A DNA stretch of 48,287 nucleotides from Klebsiella phage HZJ32. The translations under genes were made by a program, and so were the position numbers. The notes beneath the pieces are model-generated. The model ran no database searches. It was not told where the DNA came from and was given only the letters and a program-made list of their open reading frames with translations. Positions 41,828-48,287 of this stretch are shown one piece after another (position 1 is the stretch's first letter; each line of letters opens with the position of its first letter). Location: the sequence record PQ821643.1; one strand, given 5' to 3'.

Positions 41828-44800
41828 ATGACTAATATCAAGGCCCGCAAGGGCGGTTCCAGCCAGCCGCGAACCCCGGTAGAAATGCCTGATAACCTGA
41901 TCTCGAAAGACAAGATCAAGTTATTGCTGGCCGTTTCTGACGGTGAAGTAGTGGATGACTTCAGCCTGAAGCAGTTGCATTTCGGCGGAGTTCCGGTTCA
42001 GAACGAAGACGGGAGCTATAACTATGAGGGAGTTATTGCAGAATTTCGCCCCGGCACGCAAACGCAGAGTTACATCCAGGGATTCAGTGAATCAAGCGCT
42101 GAATTCCAGGTTGCACGCGACGTTACCTTTAACACGCCGTACACGCTGACGGTATCGAACAAGAATCTTTCTGCTATCCGCTTCCGCCTGTTATGGCCCC
42201 GCGTGCTGACGCAAAAAGATAATGGCGATATGGTCGGTTCGGTCGTTGAGTACAAGATCGAAATGGCGGTTGACGGTGCGAGCTATCAAACCTACTTGAC
42301 CGACAAAATCGACGGTAAAAACACGACTGGCGGTTACGATCGCAGTATCCGCGTCAACTTGCCGCAAGACTTCACGTCGCAGGTTCTTATCCGCGTAAGC
42401 CGAATTACGCCGGACGCTGACGGGGTGAAGGTGGTCGATGCCTTCCAGGTTCAGTCCTACGCTGAGGTGATCGATGCAAAATTCCGCTATCCGCTGACGG
42501 CAATGCTTTACGTCGAGTTTGATAGCGATCTGTTCCAGAACCAGATCCCGACAATCTCGCTCAAGAAGAAGTGGAAGATTGTCCAGGTTCCGAGTAACTA
42601 TGACCCTGTTAACAGGACGTATGCCGGAACGTGGGACGGAACTTTCAAATGGGCGTGGAGCAACAACCCGGCTTGGGTTCTTTACGACCTGATCATGAAT
42701 CAGCGTTATGGGTTAGACCAGCGCGAGTTAGGGATCCCGGTCGACAAGTGGTCGCTCTATGAGGTGTCGCAATACTGTGATGAGCTTGTGCCGGATAATC
42801 GCGGCGGGATGGAACCGCGTTACCTGATGGATATGGTTGTGCAGTCGCAGGTCGAAGCCTTCCAGTTGGTCAGGGATGTTTGTTCCGCCTTCCGTGGAAT
42901 GACGTTCTACAACGGGGAAAGCCTTTCGATTATCGTCGATAAGCCACGCGATCCGGTTTACCTGTTCACTGCTGATAACGTCGTTGATGGCGTATTCGTT
43001 CGAACTTTTCCGAGCGAAAAAACGATGTACACGTCGTGCAACGTGATGTTCGACGACGCAGAGAACCAGTACGAACAGGACGTTGAACCAGTATTCAACG
43101 CTGACGCTGCAATGCGGTTCGGTCACAACCCGACAAGCATCACGGCGATCGGTTGCACCAGACGGACAGAAGCAAACCGCCGTGGGCGCTGGATTCTGCA
43201 AACGAACCTAAGCGCAACCACCGTTTCGTTTTCTACTGGCCTGGAAGGCATGATCCCGTCATGTGGCGATGTGATTTACGTTGCAGATCCGCATTGGCAA
43301 TCGGCCTTCAACCTGGTGTTGTCAGGTCGCATTATGGAAGTAACTGGAACTCAGGTTTTCCTGGCTTTCCGCTGCGACGCGAAGGCGGGCGATACGCTGA
43401 TTCTGAACACTGACGACGGCAAGCCATTACGCCGAACCATTGCCAGCGTTTCGGCAGACGGCAAAACCATTACGCTAAACGTTGGATATAACTTTGACGT
43501 TGCGCCTGATAGTGTATTCCTGATCGAAAGTGATCAGCTTGTAGCGGAACAGTATGTAGTAACCAGGATTGAGAAGGGGAGCGATGACGACGAATTTACT
43601 TTCGCCATCACAGCTACCCAATACAACCCGAACAAGTACGACGCGATCGACAACGGAGTAATCACTGACGACCGCCCAACGTCGGTTGTTGACCCGGATT
43701 CAATGGGAGCGCCGGAAAACGTGTCGATTAGTTCATTCTCACGCATTGTGCAGGGTATGAGCGTCGAGACGATGGTGATCGGCTGGTCTGCCGTGCAGTA
43801 CGCAAAACTTTACGAGGTGCAATGGCGTAAGGATGGCGGAAACTGGAACAACGTGCCGCGCACAGCGACAACGCAGGTTGATATTGAGGGGATTTATGCT
43901 GGCGAATACCAGGCGCGCGTAAGGTGCATTAGCGGCGGCAATATCGCGTCTCCTTGGTCTGCATTGGCAACCGCCACACTGACCGGGAAAGTCGGAGCGC
44001 CAAAAGGCCCGATTAACCTTTTTGCGTCGGACAATGAGATCTTCGGCATTCGCGTTAAGTGGGCCATGCCGGAAGGAGCGGAAGATACGGCATACATTGA
44101 ACTTTACCAGTCACAAAGCGGAACCGATCAGGATGCAAGCCTGCTTACCCTGATTCCTTATCCGGCGGCTGAATACTGGCACTCAATTTTGCCTGCTGGC
44201 TATGTTAACTGGTACAAGGCGCGAAGTGTCGACAGGATCGGCAATGTTTCAGCATGGACTGATTACGCTCGCGGCATGTCTTCTACTGACGTTAACGCCA
44301 TCACGGATGTGATCCTGGATGAGATCCTCGACAGCGACGCGATGAAAGAACTTCAGGTGAGTGCACAGGATAGTGCGGCAAAACTCAATGACTACGCTAA
44401 CAGCATCATCCAAAACGCATTAGCGAATGATGGAGATGTTAGAATCATGAGAAAGGAGAATGGCAAGAGGAAGGCTGAGATTAAACGCGCAGAAGTTCTA
44501 ATAGCAAATGAGACGGAAGCCAGGGTGCAGCAGGTTAACCAGATATCGGCAGAGTTCAACGAAAACCTCAATGCTGGATTAACTCAAGTTAACGAGGCAC
44601 TAGCCAATGAAACTGAGGCACGGGTTACGTCGGAAGAGGCGCTTTCAGCAAGGATCGGAGAGAACTCCGCGGCGCTAGATCAGAAACTCGACTCGTGGGC
44701 TAACGTTAATGGCGTCGGTTCAATGTATACAATGAAGCTGGGCTTGAAGTACAACGGCCAGGAATATAATTCCGGGATGGCCCTACAGCTTACCGCGCAA

Positions 44801-45526
44801 GGGAGCAACGTTGTTTCGCAGGTGCTGTTCATTGCTGATAGATTTGCTATCATCCGTAATGCAGAATCCGGCGCATACACGCTACCGTTTGTTGTGCAGA
44901 ATGACCAGGTGTTCATGAATAACGCTCTTATTCAGGATGGCTCAATCACTAACGCGAAGATCGGTAACGTCATTCAGTCAAACAACTACATCGCCGGGCA
45001 GCAAGGGTGGATGATTAACAAGAGTGGAGGTTCTGAGTTCCAGAATACGACTGTTCGCGGTACGATCTACGCGACTGATGGCATATTTAAGGGTACTATT
45101 GAGGCTCAGAGCTTTATAGGTGACATTGCAGTTGCAAGAAGATATGCTGACTTGAGCTTTCGCAGAAACAATACCGTTCAGCGCGAAGGGTACTATCAAA
45201 ATCGCGGTTATGGCATGACGATAGTTCTTAGTTGCACATTAATCTATGAGGTTACAGGTGGTGAGGATGACAGAAACGGCTATATTATTGAAATTACGTT
45301 CGATATTGGAGGGCAGCAGGTAACTAGACTTTTTCCAGTTAACCCAAGGCTAACTTCTGGTAGTTATGCTGCTGAATTTCGCTTTTCTGCTGATATTCCA
45401 GCAAGTTACAGTAATACTTCTTTCTTTGTGAAAGCGAAAGGAAGAGACGCGAATTGGGACTATAGCTGTCAAGTTGAGAACATCACAGCAACAGCATTCC
45501 GCACGAACTCAAATAGCTTTACATAA
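41828..45526 (+). CDS. Central tail fiber / tip attachment protein (lambda gpJ-like)
   Basis: 1232 aa; MTNIKARKGGSSQPRTPVEMPDNLISKDKIKLLLAVSDGEVV...; fibronectin-III-like and coiled-coil C-terminus. Confidence 0.9.
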   Translation: MTNIKARKGGSSQPRTPVEMPDNLISKDKIKLLLAVSDGEVVDDFSLKQLHFGGVPVQNEDGSYNYEGVIAEFRPGTQTQSYIQGFSESSAEFQVARDVTFNTPYTLTVSNKNLSAIRFRLLWPRVLTQKDNGDMVGSVVEYKIEMAVDGASYQTYLTDKIDGKNTTGGYDRSIRVNLPQDFTSQVLIRVSRITPDADGVKVVDAFQVQSYAEVIDAKFRYPLTAMLYVEFDSDLFQNQIPTISLKKKWKIVQVPSNYDPVNRTYAGTWDGTFKWAWSNNPAWVLYDLIMNQRYGLDQRELGIPVDKWSLYEVSQYCDELVPDNRGGMEPRYLMDMVVQSQVEAFQLVRDVCSAFRGMTFYNGESLSIIVDKPRDPVYLFTADNVVDGVFVRTFPSEKTMYTSCNVMFDDAENQYEQDVEPVFNADAAMRFGHNPTSITAIGCTRRTEANRRGRWILQTNLSATTVSFSTGLEGMIPSCGDVIYVADPHWQSAFNLVLSGRIMEVTGTQVFLAFRCDAKAGDTLILNTDDGKPLRRTIASVSADGKTITLNVGYNFDVAPDSVFLIESDQLVAEQYVVTRIEKGSDDDEFTFAITATQYNPNKYDAIDNGVITDDRPTSVVDPDSMGAPENVSISSFSRIVQGMSVETMVIGWSAVQYAKLYEVQWRKDGGNWNNVPRTATTQVDIEGIYAGEYQARVRCISGGNIASPWSALATATLTGKVGAPKGPINLFASDNEIFGIRVKWAMPEGAEDTAYIELYQSQSGTDQDASLLTLIPYPAAEYWHSILPAGYVNWYKARSVDRIGNVSAWTDYARGMSSTDVNAITDVILDEILDSDAMKELQVSAQDSAAKLNDYANSIIQNALANDGDVRIMRKENGKRKAEIKRAEVLIANETEARVQQVNQISAEFNENLNAGLTQVNEALANETEARVTSEEALSARIGENSAALDQKLDSWANVNGVGSMYTMKLGLKYNGQEYNSGMALQLTAQGSNVVSQVLFIADRFAIIRNAESGAYTLPFVVQNDQVFMNNALIQDGSITNAKIGNVIQSNNYIAGQQGWMINKSGGSEFQNTTVRGTIYATDGIFKGTIEAQSFIGDIAVARRYADLSFRRNNTVQREGYYQNRGYGMTIVLSCTLIYEVTGGEDDRNGYIIEITFDIGGQQVTRLFPVNPRLTSGSYAAEFRFSADIPASYSNTSFFVKAKGRDANWDYSCQVENITATAFRTNSNSFT

Positions 45527-45532
45527 TAAAAA

Positions 45533-45553
45533 GGGGCCGAATGGCCCCTTTTT
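45533..45553. terminator. Bidirectional terminator after the tip attachment gene
   Basis: aaaaaggggcc-gaat-ggcccctttttc. Confidence 0.8.
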
Positions 45554-45749
45554 CTCCTTTTGTCTTGAATGCTTGATATTTAATATCGCAACAAAGTGGA
45601 TATTGTTTTAGGTTACGCCGGTTTTTTCGGCCTGCGCTAACCGTTGCAGGCCATAACTGGTGTGAATCGTTGCATATGCCATTAATGTGGCCTCTTATCA
45701 CGCAATTATTGTGGTGAAATTTTTTAACCCCGCCTAAGCGAGGCGTGAA

Positions 45750-48287
45750 TTACAGGGATATTTCCCACATAACTTTCGAAACATCCGAATTTGATGTAGA
45801 CATAATAGTAAACGAAACGCCGTTGTTTATTTGTGACACGTAAAGGTCACCAAGCGGCGTGGCCGACTGGTAAGTAAGCCTGGTCAGCTTGATCTTACTA
45901 ACCGTTGAAAGCTCATTGACGTTCGTTGTTTCGCGTTTTCTCGCGCTCGCTGTTGGCACCGTAGCTGTACCTGCAACAAGCGTTACCGTGCCGACAATGC
46001 CAGTCGCATCCAGCTTATTTCCAGACATCACCGGGAGTGATGGCTGAGAAGAATAAGACGATAGCAATGCCCAATTGTTGCCATACCCGTTGATGTCACA
46101 ATCGCGGATCGTGGCTAGTGATGGGTCAACCGCTTTTGCGCCACGGAAATAGATTGCTCTTGGCTGCGCTTTCGTTGTCGTGCCGTCACTGAACGGCATC
46201 TTGACACCAGTAACTTCAAGCGCTGACTGCGCGGCAACACCGTTTAGTCCGGTTCCGTAGTCGATGGCCGCCAGTGAGTTTCCTTCCAGTTCGCCACCAA
46301 GTATCTTTCCTCCCATTGCACCGACACCAACCCTGTTTCCGTAGGCTCGGCAGTCCCGCACGGTTCCAGGTTCGAATGCGATATTGAAACCGGCCTCTGT
46401 GTTGAATTCTGCAACGCAGTCTTTAAATTCAGAACCTGTTGCACCTGGTGCGCCGTCGAAACCGTTGGACAGGCAGTATGCAGCATAACAACGGATGTAT
46501 TTCACGTTCCGGGCGCGATACTGGAAACCATCGCCCTGGGATTTTATTGCACGGCAATCTATGAATTTAATATCAACCCCAACATCGTGCGTGTCAAATG
46601 CCGCCTTTGTTGCATTGCTTGAAACACATCTATTGAATATTACTGTTCTCGGTTCACCGTATGGCATTGACCAGTTAACCGAAACGCCGTGTCGGCAATC
46701 ATTGAAATCCCCATCGTTTATTTTAATATCTTCGCTGCATCCAATAACTTCAACGCCATACCAACCCTGATGGTGGCACACCGGGGCGTCTATGGTCACG
46801 TCACGGCAATTGTTCAGTTTGATCGCGCTTCGTCCTGCAACACCAGTTCCGGCGTCGTTTTCAATGAAGAACTTATCCTTTGAGCCAATAAGAATCGGAT
46901 TAATGATTCTAAGATTGACCACATAGTTGCAGTTTATCCCAATTCCGAACTGATTCAGATAGTTGATATTGTTCAGTCGCGGGCTATCAAGAACCACGTT
47001 CTCTATCACGGTAGCCTTGCCGCACCTCGCCGTGCTAGCGACGAGAAAATCGTATTCAAGAACTCTGTCTAGTGAGTACACATACTGACCGCCAGACGTT
47101 TCCTTTTTCACCACGCGCCGTAACTGCGCCTGCTTAACGCCCTTCGCGTTTGGCCCCTTAACAAGATCTTCAGAGCGAATTTCGATCCAGTCACCGACAG
47201 CGAACTGGTCGGTAGCTATGGCTACCTGGTAAGCGCCTGATAGGGCATCAGCTGACAGGTTATAGAAGGTCGTCGGGGCGGCACCTGCGATTGTAATTCC
47301 TTGAATCAGCGTGCTCGGAGCGTCAATTTCGCCATTGCCGGAGAATTCAATACGTGTGTTGCTCTGAACGTTGATTGTTCCGGTCGGCGTTAGTGCACTG
47401 TCGAATTGCAAGTTGACGCCTTTCTTTGCGAGATAGGCGTTAATATTTACGCTAGATGCAAGCGTCGAACTTTTGACTGCCGGATTTATAATTGCCTTCC
47501 ACCTTTTGCCGCCACTGGTAACAATGCATGATGCACCATCGTCAGCCGTGGTGGAATCTGTCGGATCATAGTAAAATTCGCCGCCTCCATCAGCAGTTCC
47601 GTCTGCTTTGTATGATGCCAGCAAGATTCTCTGTCCCGCGCTGTTTGGTTCAACATTTCGTAACTGTGCTATGCTTGAGCACTTGCCTATGTTTTTTGCC
47701 CCATCAGGCTGCGCCAGCGCCACCAGCGTTGACTGTTCGCCAGCGTCGTTGATGATCTGCTGTACTTGGTATATTGCATTCTCCGCTGCTACCTCTGAAT
47801 TTTTTGCCGCATTTTCAGAAGATTTTGCGTTAGCCTCTGAAGTTTTTGCCGCGTTTTCAGAAGTGGCAGCCGCCGTAGCACTTGATTCCGCAGCTTCAGA
47901 GTCTGCCTTAATTTGGTTGGCAAGATTTTGAAGAGATTCGAAATCAAAATCCTTAAAGAACTCAACTGCATCCGCAATCACGGTTTCCTGCGACTGATAG
48001 TAGCGCAGAGTTTCAGCAACATCTTGCGCCAGGCCGTCAACGGTCAGCGAGTCGCTTAACAGGATCGCGTAGTCAGTAGACGCTACGACAGCGCCGTTTG
48101 TGGTAATTGCTTTAATTTCAGTGTCACTGACCACCTTGTTTACTACAGCTATTTGAATTGGTGACGACAAAAACATAATCGTCGCGCCAGGGCGAATCAG
48201 CGAAAGCGATGATTGCCATTTTGTTCCAGTTCCGGTAACTGTTCCGTCTGCGGCCATAGCCGCCTTGCCTTCTCTGTATAGTGCCAT
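45750..48287 (-). CDS. Tailspike/tail fiber with predicted right-handed beta-helix (possible polysaccharide depolymerase)
   Basis: 845 aa, start codon exactly at 48287; Ala/Ser/Glu-rich coiled coil ([28 protein letters not shown]) then repetitive [28 protein letters not shown] beta-helix coils. Confidence 0.8.
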   Translation of the reverse strand: MALYREGKAAMAADGTVTGTGTKWQSSLSLIRPGATIMFLSSPIQIAVVNKVVSDTEIKAITTNGAVVASTDYAILLSDSLTVDGLAQDVAETLRYYQSQETVIADAVEFFKDFDFESLQNLANQIKADSEAAESSATAAATSENAAKTSEANAKSSENAAKNSEVAAENAIYQVQQIINDAGEQSTLVALAQPDGAKNIGKCSSIAQLRNVEPNSAGQRILLASYKADGTADGGGEFYYDPTDSTTADDGASCIVTSGGKRWKAIINPAVKSSTLASSVNINAYLAKKGVNLQFDSALTPTGTINVQSNTRIEFSGNGEIDAPSTLIQGITIAGAAPTTFYNLSADALSGAYQVAIATDQFAVGDWIEIRSEDLVKGPNAKGVKQAQLRRVVKKETSGGQYVYSLDRVLEYDFLVASTARCGKATVIENVVLDSPRLNNINYLNQFGIGINCNYVVNLRIINPILIGSKDKFFIENDAGTGVAGRSAIKLNNCRDVTIDAPVCHHQGWYGVEVIGCSEDIKINDGDFNDCRHGVSVNWSMPYGEPRTVIFNRCVSSNATKAAFDTHDVGVDIKFIDCRAIKSQGDGFQYRARNVKYIRCYAAYCLSNGFDGAPGATGSEFKDCVAEFNTEAGFNIAFEPGTVRDCRAYGNRVGVGAMGGKILGGELEGNSLAAIDYGTGLNGVAAQSALEVTGVKMPFSDGTTTKAQPRAIYFRGAKAVDPSLATIRDCDINGYGNNWALLSSYSSQPSLPVMSGNKLDATGIVGTVTLVAGTATVPTASARKRETTNVNELSTVSKIKLTRLTYQSATPLGDLYVSQINNGVSFTIMSTSNSDVSKVMWEISL
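48226..48287. repeat. 62-bp terminal direct repeat, copy 2
   Basis: Exact match to 1-62. Confidence 0.97.

Noticed and set aside
1-48287. tRNA, rRNA, CRISPR, integrase or transposase
   Set aside because: No tRNA cloverleaf or CCA-ended candidate, CRISPR array, integrase or transposase was recognisable by eye; a tRNAscan/Infernal run would be needed to exclude divergent RNAs.

Overview
This window is the complete or near-complete genome of a tailed siphovirus with T1-like (Drexlerviridae-like) architecture; that placement is inferred from gene content and order. The first 62 nt (1-62) are repeated exactly at 48226-48287, so this is a circular contig cut inside a non-coding boundary (unit about 48,225 bp). 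Modules: (i) minus-strand recombination block 156-2422 (SSB, ERF-type annealing protein, RecE/exoVIII-like nuclease), then zinc-finger/TOPRIM primase and a Cro-like HTH protein; (ii) plus-strand SF2 helicase, VRR-NUC nuclease, small lipoprotein, Dam-type adenine methyltransferase, metallophosphoesterase, HAD phosphatase and nucleotide kinase; (iii) lysis cassette (holin, P21-like GH24 endolysin, probable unimolecular spanin); (iv) minus-strand DUF3987-type protein and many small accessory ORFs, including a C5-methyltransferase-like protein; (v) short plus-strand early ORFs, including a MazG/DUF550-like protein; (vi) packaging, head and tail modules 24348-45526, with two free-standing HNH endonuclease ORFs; (vii) a convergent beta-helix tailspike. 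The most interesting signals are regulatory. A dispersed promoter cassette occurs 14 times on both strands: a 17-nt element close to TAGCACNNNTTGNTAAA, a TATNAT-like -10 starting 36-37 nt from its start, and a start codon about 71-81 nt from it. In addition, two distant intergenic regions (2423-2918 and 19136-19783) share GTAAGAT/ATCTTAC sites, palindromes and an AT-rich block in inverted orientation, making them candidate replication origins or a paired control region. Also notable are an ORF interrupted in frame by an amber codon, a -1 frameshift in the tail chaperone pair, an internal scaffold start, and collagen-like repeats on a predicted capsid decoration protein.
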